Source: Chiloscyllium plagiosum (lineage: Eukaryota). From it: a DNA stretch of 64,000 nt. Below, one piece after another: positions 36,647-49,949 of the stretch (position 1 is the stretch's first letter; each line of letters opens with the position of its first letter). The notes beneath the pieces were generated by a model, which saw only the letters and a program-made list of their open reading frames with translations, made no database searches and was not told the DNA's origin. The translations under genes were made by a program, and so were the position numbers. Location: the NCBI RefSeq assembly GCF_004010195.1, contig NC_057718.1, forward strand, positions 57,584,660 through 57,648,659, in the 5' to 3' direction.

Positions 36647-38869
36647 ACAGTCTCCTGCTTTAATCACAGCTGGATCAGCCAATAATGGGACACTTGCTAT
36701 TATGAAACCAACTGAGAATCAAAATGTTCGTCTGCACTGGATGGATTTAGATCTATAGTGGCAAGCAAGCTGCAAGAGAAGAGAATACAGATTTAAAGCA
36801 ACAAAGGATTCTCTGTTCATACAACAGGAACAAGGAACATTAGAAGTTGGTTTGCTGTTACATCAACAGATGTGTGCACTCATGGAAAAAGACAGGAGAG
36901 TTCAAAGGATTTTCTACTGCTGGAATGTACAGACTTGACATGATTACCTAAGCATGTACAGGTTGTTATAACCGACTAAACTTTGTGGTGTTGATAACCC
37001 ACCATTCAGGATCACTTTTCAAACTAATTCTCCTGCTGTATATCATACTTAACTTAAAAACGTGGTAAGCCTGATTATAATACCTGTTTCCCAGTTTAAG
37101 CGCTTAAGAAGGAATTTGACTTTCTGCTGGCATTCAGATTTCCAAGCAAATTGAAATCAATCCTCTGACTAATTCCAAACACATTTGTTGTGACAGAGAC
37201 AGCATTTATTGTCCATCTGTTGTAGATTATGGGTTGTTAAGAGTCATTTATATAATACAAACTGGAATCATGATTGATATGGATGGCATATTTCCTAATG
37301 AATCATTACAATTTTTATTTATCTTCAATTTTTTTCTTTGTTTATTTCTGAATTTAGTTTCACAAGTTGTGAACTGTTTTGATAACTTCTAATATACCAT
37401 GGACAATATTCTCCCCCACCAGCTTATTGTTAAAAGGTACAAGTAAAATCATATGTATCTGAGCTGTAGTCAGTCATTGGTTAAATGTTGGATACAATTG
37501 TGACTGCCAAAAACTCTACATTCAAAGTGAACGAGAAAATAAATTATTTTTATCTTATGTTTTTGTCTATTATAGAAAGAGTGACAGCAGGAACAATATT
37601 TTGAAAAATAATTACTCATGCCAATGTGTTTTCTAAGTTTTCAAAAATTGCAAGGAACTAAAGTTCTGGCTAATGGATCCTTCATATAGTATTAATATAG
37701 TGCAGTGTACTCGTATCATTTGTTATTGTTCATTTATTTGCATTACATTCATCCAATCTTTAATACAAAACATGAGATGATTAATGTTTCACTTTATAGC
37801 CCACCCATAATAATCTTTAATCACTTGAAATTGATGTTTCTGCACATGATTTTGGTGAGGTGGATAATGCAATATAGTGGAGAGATTTGCATTAATTTAT
37901 ATTTTTTGCAAGCCACATTAATGGCAGGTGCAAACATATTTCAAAATCAATTAGACAAATGATAATGTGCTCTAACACTGATTTTGTATTATAAATTACA
38001 TTTGATATTATCTGAGCATTTTTAATAACAATTTGATATAGTTTCCAGCCAAGCATGATTCATCAAAATATTCAGAGCCAAATCTAGCAAAGTGTATGGT
38101 TCCTGCATGAAGTTAGAACAAGTAACAACTGTAGAAGCTTATAAATTTTCTGGATCACTTCAATTTTTTTTGTAGAATGTCCTGGAAAAAAAAAATTTCT
38201 TTGTTTTTGTGATATTCATTTCTTACAAATATTGAATTAAGGAATGATACATTGCAAATAGTTGAAGTCATTTCTAAAATAAGAGCTGGTTTGCTCATTA
38301 ACTACTTTTGCTGCTATCAAAAATACATTTATTCATATCTGGGATTAGTAAAATATTTCCACAGTACTTCACAAGGTTTTATGTTTACAAAATGCTGTTA
38401 TCTCTCAGCACATTGGAATGTTATCCAATCATGCACATGTAATGTCTTATAACGGCTGACCTGATTTCTTATGAGAGAATGCCAACCATTCACAGCAGAT
38501 TAGAACATTAATCATTGCTTTCCATGCATTAGTAAGAAAAGGTATAACAATAAATTCAGTTATTAATTGAAATGTAAATGTGGAAGCCTGGATTGGCTAT
38601 TCCATTACCGTTGATGGCTAGTTATTTGGCGATGGAAAGCATCATAGTCAAGCTCAATTTTGTACTCATCAGATTCCACACACACAAACCTTATGGCAGG
38701 AATTGCTGGATATTAATCCATTTAGAATCTCTTGCTGATTTTACCTCCCCATAGAGAAATGAGGCTTTAACCAAATAAAACATCTCAAATTTCACTTTGT
38801 TTAGACAACTCAGTGGTGTATGTTAAGCAAAAATGGGAATTGCTTCATGGATGGCTCCACAAGGCCATA

Positions 38870-40590
38870 CGCAGTAGGAATAGGAGTAGGCTACTTGGCC
38901 CCTTGAGCCTGCTCACCAGTTAATTGGATTGTGGCTGATCCAGCTTTCTGTATACCCACTATTCTGCATTTTTCTTGATCTCTCTACTGATCAAGAATCT
39001 ATCTTAGCCCCGAATGTGCACAAGACTCTTGCCCCACAATTGTCTGTTGCAAGGAGTTCCAAAAAATCCACTCACCTGAGTCTTAAATTGGCACCCCTTT
39101 ATTTTGAGACTATGTCCTCTGGTTCTCAACTCTCCCAAGAGATAAAACATCCTTTCAGTATTTACCTTGTCCAGGACCTTCAGAAACGTGTATGCTTCAA
39201 TTAGGTCACCTCTCATTCTTCTAGAGTCCAATGAGTAGAGTCCCAACCTGGTTAAGTTTTGCTCATGAGACAATCCCTCCATACCAGGGATCATCTCAGT
39301 AAACCTAATGTGAACTGCCAATGAAATTATATCTTTTGCTAAATAAGAAAACCAAAATTGCTCACAGAGCTTCAGAAATTGACTTAATGGCAGGAGACAG
39401 AATGGAGGCCTGTGACTAGCTGTGTTCCACAAGGATTGGTTCTAGGTCCTCTTTTGTTTGTTATTTATATAAATAATTTGGATGAGAATATAGAAGGCAT
39501 GGTTAGTAAGTTTGCAGATGACACCAAAATTGGTGGTATAGTGAACAATGAAGAAGGTATTCTCAGATTACAAAGGGATCTTCATCAAATGGGTCAATGG
39601 GCTGAGAAATGACAGATAGAGTTCAATCTGGATACTTGTGAGGTATTGCAGGTTAGTAGAACAAACAAGGATAGGGCTTATACAATTAATGGTAGAGGCT
39701 TGGGTAGTGTTTTAGGGGTGCAGGTACATAAGTTGGCGTCACATATAGACAGGGTGGTTAAAAAGACATTTGGCACGCTTGCCTTCATTGCTCAGTCCTT
39801 TGAGTATAGGAGTTGGGAAGTCACGTTGAGGTTGTACAGGACATTTGTGAGGTCTCTTCTGGAATACTGTGTCCGTTGTGGTCGCCCAGTTGTAGGAAAG
39901 ATATTATTAAGCCAGAGCAGGTTCAGAAGAGATTTACCCAAATGTTGCCAGGTATGGAAGGTTTGAGTTACAAAGATTACGACTTTTTTTTTTACTGGAG
40001 TGTAGGAGGTTGAAAGACGATTTGATAGAAGTTTATAAAATAATGAGGGGTATAGAGAGTTAATGGTAGTTGTTTTTTCCCTGGGATGGGGGGGGGGAGC
40101 AGTTTCAGACTAGGGGGACACATTTTTAAGGTGAGAAGAGACATCATTAAAAAAAAACGTAAGAGGCAAACGTTTTACACAGAGGGTGGTTCATGTGTGG
40201 AATGAACTTCCTGAGAAGGTGATAGATACAGGTACAATTACAACATTGAAAAGACATTTGGATAGATACATGAATAGGAAAGATTTGGAGGGATATGGGT
40301 CAGGAGCAGGCAGGTGGGACTAGTTTAGTTTGGGATTATGTTTGGCATGGACTGGTTGGACCGAAGGGTCTGTTCCGTGCTTTATGATTCTGTGATCCCA
40401 TCAATACCTTGTGTAGTTGCATTAAGGCCTCCCTACTCTCATACTCCAACTTCCTTGAAATATGGGCCATTTATTCTATAAGCCTTCCTGATTGTCTGCT
40501 ACACCCATGTTCTAGAGTTCTTGTTTGGTGCAGAATATCTGCAAGTCTCTTTGTACTGCGCCTTTCTGCAGTTTTCCTACATTTAGGTGA
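38870..40590 (-). mobile_element. CR1 fragment split by a second CR1 (pieces ~38870-39378 and ~40398-40590)
   Basis: ORF 39004-39432 RFTEMIPGMEGL...RRMRGDLIE...TRGH; the antisense CR1 sequence resumes after 40398. Confidence 0.75.
39380..40395 (+). mobile_element. CR1 LINE RT to 3' end
   Basis: VPQGLVLGPLLFVIYINNLD...KFADDTKIGG (39412-39612); 3' end GGACCGAAGGGTCTGTT. Confidence 0.92.
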
Positions 40591-41452
40591 CAATGTGAAA
40601 ATTTAAGAGGTTGATACCGGGAAATGAGGTACAAAGAGGTTTAGGAGAAAAGGTGATGAGTTGGGATGAAAAAGATCAGACCTTATGGATTGACTGGTTA
40701 GTATCTGCTCCTGTAAGGGGTAAGCCTGGAATCTGTTGCAATGGGGCAGCAGGACTGCTGTCCCTTACACAAAATATATATTACTGTTGTCTGTGTGATA
40801 GACCGTAAGAATAAGGATGACTGTGCTCTTCGTAAGAGAATGAATGTGGAATCTTCTAACCCTTAACTCTTTCACATGTTGGCCCAGAACACAGCGTAAA
40901 ATCAGGCCTCTTGTTTCTAACCAATTATATTCAGCACAAAGTAATGTGGAAAATCTAAGACATACTGATAACTTTATGAACTTTTCCCTATATAAAATGT
41001 AGGAATGTGAGAGAATTTAGCAAAATGTACATTTTTAAAACTTTACTTCATACATTCTCCTCAGATTTAGTACTAAAATTCACACTTGTGAACAAATATG
41101 ATAATATTTGACCAATACATAAGTAACTCGTAGGCCCCAGAACTGAATTTCAGCTCACTGGATATACTCGAGTTTAGAAAGCAGAGATGAAACATTTTGC
41201 ATAAAATATCAACAAAAGAATTAGTTGCAATCAATACAAATAAGTTAAGAAAAGAAACAAAGATAAAAGATGGATTTATTGTAAAAGAAAGAATATTAAA
41301 ATCGTCTCAAATTAATAGTCAATGTCCAACAAGATCTGACACATACACAGTAATCATAACATTGTGTATAAAATTGATATTACTGGATCAGCTTTGAATG
41401 AGATAACCTCACAATCTTCAAAACCCTCAAGAACACAGGCAGAGTTTGCCTA

Positions 41453-41925
41453 AACTCCCTTAATAGGATAGTTCCATCATTCCCGGAATAGATATGGTGA
41501 ACCTGTTGCACTCTCTCTATGGGAATATCCTTCCTAAGGTAAGGGAGTAAAACTGGACAGAGTACTTCAGATGCAGTCTAACCAATATTTTATACAATTG
41601 AAGACAGACATTATGACTCCTGTACTCAAATCCACAATGGTAAAGGCCAACATACCATTATCCTTCCTAATTACCTGCTATATCTGCATGTTAGCCTTTA
41701 GTGGCTTATTGATAAAGACATCCAGGTCCTTTTGTATGTTTACACTATCTAACCTCTTGCCATTTAACAGATATTCTGTACATCCTTTCCTCCAATCACA
41801 TTTTTCCACATTATATTCCAAGTGCCATATTCTTGCTCACTCTGCGTCTGTCCAAGTTCTCTTGATGCCACTATGTACCTTCTCCATAGCACGTTTCCAG
41901 TCAGCTTGGTGTCATGCATGAACTT
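41453..41925 (-). mobile_element. CR1 RT fragment (decayed)
   Basis: Antisense of LYK.LVRLHLKYSVQF and GFEYRS motifs at 41550-41640. Confidence 0.75.
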
Positions 41926-42678
41926 ACAGCAATGAAGAAGCTACTCTCCTGCGCCCACCTGGGAGAAAATTCAAAGCTGTCAGACAATCTCGAGGAGAGA
42001 CAGAGAGCACAGGCAATTGGGATGTCTCTGTGGCCAAGCTGGCTGATCCAGTTTAGGGGCTGAGAAGGAGAGAGCAGAGTGCAGTGTAACTGGGGAAATA
42101 CTTTAGGGGTACCTCTGGATACCAGAGAACAAAACTGAGTATCTATCCCCTTGCCTGGTCATCAGTCTGCCAACTTTCATCTGGCAATCTAGATACTTGG
42201 GTCTAGCCTATCCCCCTTTTGTATGAACAGCTAAAGCAAGTCTATAGCTCACTATGTTATGGATTTGCTGCCAGCATCATCTTCATGTGTAGGGATCTAC
42301 AAGGTCTGCTCCGTTTAGTTTGGTGCAGAAAAGCACTTACAGGTCTAACTAGAAGCTACTATTGTATTGAACAAGTAGCTGTTTATTGCTGGCAAGCAAC
42401 CAGATAGGTTACATTGAGAAGACAGACATTGTTACAGAGATTATGAGGAGGACCAGGAGGTCTTACTGCTGAGGTATTAAGCTGTTCTACCCACAAATCC
42501 ACATGATATCACCATAACTGTGTTGTGCTTAAGGCATTCCTCAGTATGAACATTTTCAGACAATTACATACTAAGAAAACACCTTCCACAATTAAAATAC
42601 TAGTGAAGGCAGGGAAGAGCATTTAAATCATCAATAATTGGTCATTTAAAAATCTTGACTGACCAATGTGTGAGCAGG

Positions 42679-42858
42679 GAGGAGAAAGTGAGGACTGCAG
42701 ATGCTGGAGATCAGAGTCAAAAAGTCTGGAACTTGAAAAGCATAGTATGTCAGGCAACATCTGAGAAGCAGGACAGTTGACATTTCAGGCATAAGCTCCT
42801 CTTCCTGCACCTCGGATGCTGCTTGATTGGCTGTGCTTTTCCAGCACCACACTTTTTA
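42679..42858. mobile_element. PLE-derived partial hairpin insertion
   Basis: Perfect 14-bp flanking repeat AATGTGTGAGCAGG at 42665-42678 and 42859-42872; family terminus GGAGAAAGTGAGGACTGCAGATGCTGG. Confidence 0.9.
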
Positions 42859-43271
42859 AATGTGTGAGCAGGCTGCTTGCTACTAATAAAAAATGACAGA
42901 AGGTTGGGCAGTATGCATATGCCATGAGACACTGCCACTACAAAGGCACCCATTAGTAAGGTTCTACAAGGGTCCACTTGCTGCCCCGCCCCTCCCCCAA
43001 CAAGGCTGTAATATTCTGACCTGTCCTTCCATTTACAAAATATATTTTGTGATAACCTTTTCAACTTGCCCTGTCATTGTTAAGTATTTTGTATGTTAAA
43101 CCTCCTCCTGGCTTCTCTGCTGCAGCTGCACCCCCTTTAAAATTGCATCATTTAATTTCTGTTGCCTGTCCACATTTTTCCCTCCAAAAATGTAATCATT
43201 CACATTTCTTGTTGTGAAATTTCAGCTGCCATAGTTGTACCCATTTGAACAGTCTGCTACCTCGGTTTCAC

Positions 43272-44332
43272 TATATTCCTGTAATTCAGTAAGGATTTTG
43301 ACAAGGTTTCACACGGCAGACTGGTTAAGAAGTTCCAGCCCATGGAATCCAGGGCAATTTGGCAAACTGAATCCAAAATTGGTAGCGGCAGGAAGCAGAG
43401 GGTGATACTAGCAGTGTTTTTGAGACTGGATGCCTGTATCCAGAGAAAACCACAGAGTTTGGTGCTGGGTCCCTTGTTGTTTGTTGTGTGCATGTGTGAT
43501 CCTGATACTGAAGGTAAGACGTACAATCAGTAAGTTCACAGATGACATGAATTTCAGTGGTGAGGTATTAGCGAAGAGGAAACAGGATGATACAGACAAG
43601 TTGGTCAGATAGGCTGAACAATGGCAAATGGCTTTTAATCCTGAAAAGTGAGGAATGATGCATTTTGGGAGGACCAACAAAGCAAGGAAATATACATTGA
43701 ATAATAGAACACGAGGAAGCACAGAGGATCAGTAGGACTTGAGTGTGCTTGTTCATAGATTCTTGAAGGCAGAGGATAAGATAAAGGTACATAAAACATA
43801 TAGGATACTTGCTTTTTGTAGTCAAGGCACTGAATACAAGAACAAGAAGGTTATGGCGGAGCTGTGTATAGAATTAGGCCATTGGTCAGCACACTATAGG
43901 AAAGATATGATTGCACTAGAGACAGTGTAGAGGAGACTCACCAGGTTGTTATCTGCTATGATGAGAGACTAGATAGGCTGAGGTTATTTTCCTTCAGGCA
44001 GGGAAGGCGGAGGCAGGGATCTGATTGAAGTGTATAAAAGTCTGAGTGGCACAAACAGGGTAGATAGGGATAAACATTTCCCCTTCATAGAGTGGTTAAT
44101 AATAAGGGGATACAGTTTTTTTAAGGGAGGGAGCAGGAGATTTTTTTCACCATGATGGTTGTGGGTTTCTGGAACTCAGCACCTAACAGGGTGATAGATG
44201 CAAGAACCTGCAAGACATTGAAGAACTATTTTAATGAGCACTTGAAATGCCAACGCATACAAGGCTATAAAGAAAGTGTTGGAAAATGGGAATAGAATAG
44301 ATGGTTGTTTGATGAACCGAAGGGCTTACTTT
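43272..44332 (+). mobile_element. CR1 LINE RT to 3' end (decayed)
   Basis: FSKDFDKVSHGRL, PQSLVLGPLLF, ISKFTDD and QGTEYKNK motifs. Confidence 0.85.
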
Positions 44333-45229
44333 GAAAGTGGACATTTTATAGCCAACTTCAGATAGTTAATATATACCAAAAGTAACAAGGATGCCATTCC
44401 AATCCCAGAAGAACACCACTGTATACTTAACACTGATCTGATAAACAATATTTCACCAATAATCTACATTAAAAATGTTTCAGAAATTATTACACACAAA
44501 TCAATCCAAGCTACTGGAACTTCCTTAAAACTATTGCTGGCCTCTACATCTTCCTGAAATATATTAGCTCCATCCAGAAGTGGCAAATTCCCAATAATTG
44601 AGGGCATTAAGATAGTGGCATAATTATACAAATTAGGTTCACTCAGAAATTACCTTGATCTCGACCAAGTTCTTGTTGGGCGCTAACAAATTATGGCCCA
44701 CCATTTTCATATGCAGAACATTGCTTAAATGGGATATATATAACATTGTGCAAGAAAAATCTTCAGAAATCCATTGTATAGCACATCAAAGGCAATTTCT
44801 AGGTTATAGAATGAGTGGTTTCATGTCATGCAGCAAAGATTAATTATAGTTCACTTATGCCTGTCAGCATGAAAACTGTGGGAATTGGCAGATGAAAATT
44901 CCTTCAGTCGTATACTCTTCTTATCCTTTATCAGAGAATCCCTTCTCATTATTATGTAAATGAATCAATTTGCATAACTGCAAAACATCATTTACCACAT
45001 TCTAGTTAGCATTGGTCTGTTTCAGTTGAATTTTTTCTTCCAAATCTGGAATAACGATCACTCTGGATACATTCATGCCTGTATTTCTGATTTCTAGAAG
45101 TACTTACGCATTATCTTTGTCCTTATCTTTATATCAGGCAACTCTTTTGGATTTTCAGTAAGCTCTTAGTTAATCTCTCACTGTTCACTCAGACATTTTG
45201 ATGAATATATCACCATTCCTGCATTTCTT

Positions 45230-46205
45230 TCTTTGTTCATGAGATGTTGAAGTCACTGTAAAGGCAGTATTTGCTGCCCATGCCCAATGTCCCTTGAGAA
45301 TGATGGGGTATGAGTTGCCTTCCTGAACCCCTGCAATCTACGTGGTGTGGGTGCATCTACAGAGCTGATAAGCAAGGTAGTTCTAGGACTTTGATCCAGT
45401 GAAACTGAAGGAACAATGAAATAGTTCCGAATCAGATGGTGAGAAATTTGGAAGTAAGCTCCACATTGCTGCATCTGGTGCCTTTTTCTTTCTATGTGGT
45501 AGAGTTTTTAATTTGGAAAGCACTGTTGAAGGAGGATTAGCGAGTGTTGTCAGTGTGTGCTTGTAGTGGAGGTTGATGGCCCATCAAATAGGTTGCTATG
45601 TTCTAGATGATGTCAAGTTTTGAGTATTGTTGGACCTGTCCTTATCAAGGTAAGAGAGGTATGCATTGTTCTCCTGACTTGTAGATGGTTGACAGGCTTC
45701 CAGCAGTCAGTAGGACAGTTGCTGGTTGCAGAATTCTCAGCCTCTGACCTGCTCTTGTAATCACTGTATTTATTTGGTTGTTCAAGTTCAGCTTCTCGTT
45801 AATGGTAACCCTCAGGGTATTGAAAGTGATAGGTTCAGAAATGGCAATGTTGCTGAATGTCAAGGGGAGACTTTAGATGATCTCATATTGGAGATTATCA
45901 TTACATGCCACTTTTGCAACATGAATGTTACTTTTTGCTCAGCAGCCCAAGCCTCAATGTTGTCCATGCTTTGATGTAAACAGACATGGATTACCTCTTT
46001 CCCTGAGGAGTCCTAAGTGACACTGGACATTGTCTGCTGACAACTGTGCATCGTCATTTCTGCCCTATGATGGAAGGAAGATAAAGGACCTAAAGATAGC
46101 TGGGTCTAGGGAGCCACATGGAAGAACACCTGTAGGCTTAGGCTGAGGTTCCAACAGCCTTCTATCAGCACTACCACCAGGTTTGACACCAACCAGTGAA
46201 GAAAT
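45230..46205 (-). mobile_element. Older 3' fragment of the 9002-12165 LINE family
   Basis: Collinear with 9005-10045 (CCCTTGAGAA, GTAGATG.TGGACAGGCTT, GAATGTCAAGGG, CAGCCCA.GCCT, CAACCAGTG.AGA). Confidence 0.8.
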
Positions 46206-46381
46206 TTCTCTCAAACCCCTATTTGGGTTACACACTTTGGGATCATTTTATTATAGAGTACTAAGAAAACCTTAAAATTTGTGATGAGTCACATGAAGTG
46301 TTAAGTGCTAGCGAACTATGATTATTCCAATTGTGACATGACTGCCTTCTACCAGTACTGCATATTGTTGTTGAGTTATGG

Positions 46382-46708
46382 TTAGATTAGATTAGATTAG
46401 ATTCCCTACAGTGTGGAAACAGGCCCTTCGGCCCAACCAGTCCACACTGACCCTCCGAAGAGTAACCCACCCAGACCCATTTCCCTCTGGCTAATGCACC
46501 TGACACTATGGGCAATTTAGAATGACCAATTCACCTGACCTGCACATCTTTGGATTATGGGAGGAAACCGGAGCACCCAAAGGAAACCCACGCAGACACA
46601 GGGAGAATGTGCAAACTCCACACAGACATTCGCCCTAGGCTGGAATCAAACCTGGGACCCTGGTGCTGTGAGGCAGCAGTGCTAACCACTGAGCCACTAT
46701 GCCGCCCT
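46382..46708 (-). mobile_element. HE1/V-SINE-type SINE
   Basis: (TCTAA)4 tail, CR1-like stem-loop, tRNA-like head GGCGGCATAGTGGCTCAGTGGTTAGC on the minus strand. Confidence 0.9.
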
Positions 46709-47544
46709 CAAACCATATCAAACCATAAAACTGCCAGTAGAACCTGGATGACTTGGAAATTCCTTTTGCTCAACAATAGAAAATCTCAAGCCAGTCTTTC
46801 TTCCTACTTTCACCAACCTCCATGGTTACTTCCTCAACCTGACTACCAGAGTGATCATTTTATGCTATGATGACACAATTTTACTTCAATACCAACACTG
46901 CCACATCTCTAACAATAGCTTGCTTCATCCTATAGCCCTGACATCCATTTCTGATATCCTTGTCTTTGCTTTTATCATATCAAACTTTTATTTCTAAAAT
47001 GCTTTGACAGCTGCCTTTCTACTCCCATCATTCATAAATTTCTGTTTGTTCAAAACTTAATGAGCCAAGACAATTCTGGCACAAAATCACATACCTGTCA
47101 CTCAATTCTGTACATTTTGAGTGAGAATCTATGGTGTAGGGAGCCAAAGCTATTCTTGATTCCAATGATCCCCAGTTCTGTACTCTTTGGTAATCTTTCC
47201 TAGCCAATGCTTTTTATTCTTACATATGCAGAGTGCTTGGTGTAGAGTAGTCTTTTCCACCATCTTTCAGCATTTATATCTCCGACTTTAGAATTGTCTT
47301 TTGCTCATTCTGCTAACTGACTTTATTCAGATCTTCAAAAGCTTTTGTAACACCTATCTTTTCAAATATGCTTCAATATGTTATATAGAATTACTTATTT
47401 ACACTTCAGTTTCAATCTCTTCCTCAAATCCCCAACACTGCAACCTCCTCAAAAACAGACTCGTGTACAGTGCTTGTGATCTACTATTGGCCATAAACAA
47501 CATACTTACACAAAAGGCTATTTTCATTGACATGAATCAGATCA

Positions 47545-47915
47545 GGAAGAGTGGGCCAGCATGTCCCTGAACGAGCAGTCACTGTAGAATACTGACAAGG
47601 GAGGGGAAAGAAATGTGTGTCTGGTAGTGGCATACTACAGGAGGTAGTGGAAATGGCAGCTTATGATCCTTTCGATGTGGCTGCTGTAGAATGGAAAATG
47701 AGACCCTACTGGTGTCGTGGGTGGGTACAGAAGATGTGAGGGCTGAAGTGTGGGAGATGGGTTGGGCATGGCTGAGGTTCCTGTCAATCATGGTGGCAGG
47801 AATCCTCAGTTTAAGGAGAAAGGTGGACATTTCAGAGGCCCCCTTGTGGAAGCTGGCACCATCAGAACAGATGCAGTGCAGAAACTGAGAGAATGCAATG
47901 GCATTTTTAGGAAGC
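47545..47915 (-). mobile_element. PLE RT thumb/linker segment (inverted 5' part)
   Basis: ORF 47579-47971 KNAIAFSQFL.CICSD.ASFH...EMSTF; continues to a FRDMLAHSS-like motif near 47545-47575. Confidence 0.75.
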
Positions 47916-47934
47916 AGGATGTGAAGATGTAATG

Positions 47935-48735
47935 GTGGTCCCCTCCTCCTCCACTTCTCATGCCTCCTCACAACCCCACAGCACTGATCACGGCAATCTC
48001 AGGTGGTATTTTACCTGCCTGTATACCTTCTCCCTCCTCACCATCCAAGGCTCCAGGCACACTTTCCAGGTGAAGCAGCTATTTACCTGCAATCACTCAG
48101 TCTAGTCTATTGCATTTGCTGGTCACAATGCCGTCTCCTCCAGAATGGAGAGATGAACATGTGTCCTATTGGCAAAAATGATCCAGTGTTTCTGACTACC
48201 TGCCACTTCAACACACCACCCTGTTCCCTGACCAACGTTTCTGTATTGGGCTTGCTGCAGTGCTCCAACAACGCTCAGGGCAAGCTGGATGTACAGCACC
48301 TCATTTTTCACTTGGAGACCCTACAGGTTTCTGGCCTCAATGTTGAGTTCAATCATTTTAGGTCCTGAACACCTTCCCCCACTATCCGTACGCCAGGCCT
48401 TGTCAGCATATGGGCTGCTATCACAACCAACCCATTGTCAGCTATTGATTCTCGCAGGATGAATTTTACCCATTCCTTCATCTGTCTAACTGCTGTTCTT
48501 TCTCTCGCTGGGCTCCAACTCCACCTATCATTTACTCCTCCTCTTTCACCCAATCCAATCTTCAGCTTATATACCAATCTTTTCCTAGCCACAAATTAGT
48601 TCTGAAGAAGGGTCAGTGGATCTGAAACATTAATTCTGTTTTCTCCCCATGGATGCTGCCAGACCTGCTGAGTTTCTCCAGCAATTTCTGTTTTTGTTTC
48701 AGATTTCCGGCATCTGCAGTTCTTTAGCTTTTGTT
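47935..48735 (+). mobile_element. PLE GIY-YIG endonuclease remnant and 3' terminal repeat
   Basis: ORF 48003-48368 LVYCICWSQC.LL..GE...CHFN...HLIFHLETLQ.SGLNVEF (PLE GIY-YIG); tail with hammerhead-like motif at 48598-48635. Confidence 0.85.
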
Positions 48736-49949
48736 TAGTAATGAAGCCTGTGGGTATAATGTGGATTACCTCATGGAGGTGAACCTGAATACTAAATAGA
48801 ATATAGCAAACAGAAGGAATAGAGGGGGAAAAAAAACTACCAAGTCTGTTCCATATCACGTAAATTAAAGTTCACATTCACAAAACATGCTTATTTAATT
48901 CCTGATGAGTAAGATTAAAAACTAGTGCAACGATCACCTGGAATGCATTACAAACAAATGTAGGCTGCAGTCAGGAAGCTTTACTTAATTTCACCTTGAA
49001 ATTAATATTTGTTGACAGAATATAAATCAAGGATAGCTTATTTTATTTTTAATTAGTCAGTACAGGTTTACCTTTTGCTGCTGACTTCACAGTAAATTAG
49101 CCTTGTGTGTAGAATCTTGAGACTGATCCAAAATCTACCAGATATTCTATTGACTAATATCCTGCATGAACTTGCGAGGTATTTGTTCTTTTTTATATAT
49201 GAGCTATTGAGGATGGGGTGGGTTGATTAGTTAGTAAGAATGCTCCCGGCAGATTGGGTAGCTGTCTCTATTCACCTCCCAAAGGTTCTCAGATCTTTTA
49301 TATAGATGAGCTGTGAGATGTTAATTGGAAAAGAATCAAATCGACATAACCAGGATAAATAATATGTCAACACCACCAAGAAACCTGAGCAACATCTGAC
49401 ATCCAACAACTTGTACATCAGCTGCTTGCATCAATTCAGCTCAAATCTGCAACATCACAAGACCTTTCTATAACAGTTTGTGTATTATCTGTGCATCATA
49501 ATCTTTATCTCGACTTAATGATTCCAGCTAGATTAGATTTCAGTTCACACCCCTCAAACTGATAGGTATTCCGAAACTAGTTTGTAAACCCGACACCAAG
49601 AGTTATACAGACCTAAAGAAAATCCTGGATCAAAGTGATTCAATATTATTTTAGGCGTAGTTGTGATTTTGGGTTTAAGAGGGTGGGGCTGTGCTTTTTA
49701 ATCACTGAGCTGGTAATCTGTAAAATATTATATTCATCAGTGATTCATGTCCATCAAGAGCCTGGAACTTCTGATTTTCATTGTTGCTAATATTAACTTA
49801 GACCATCTAGTTAGCTACCTCCATTGCTTCCCTTCCTTGGCCCTATTAATCCTATTACCCCAAGTTCTAGACTTGAAACAGTATGTTTCCCTTGTTTCAC
49901 TCTGCTCATTTTCCCCATGGAATTCACATGCACCCTTTCCTGTTTAACT

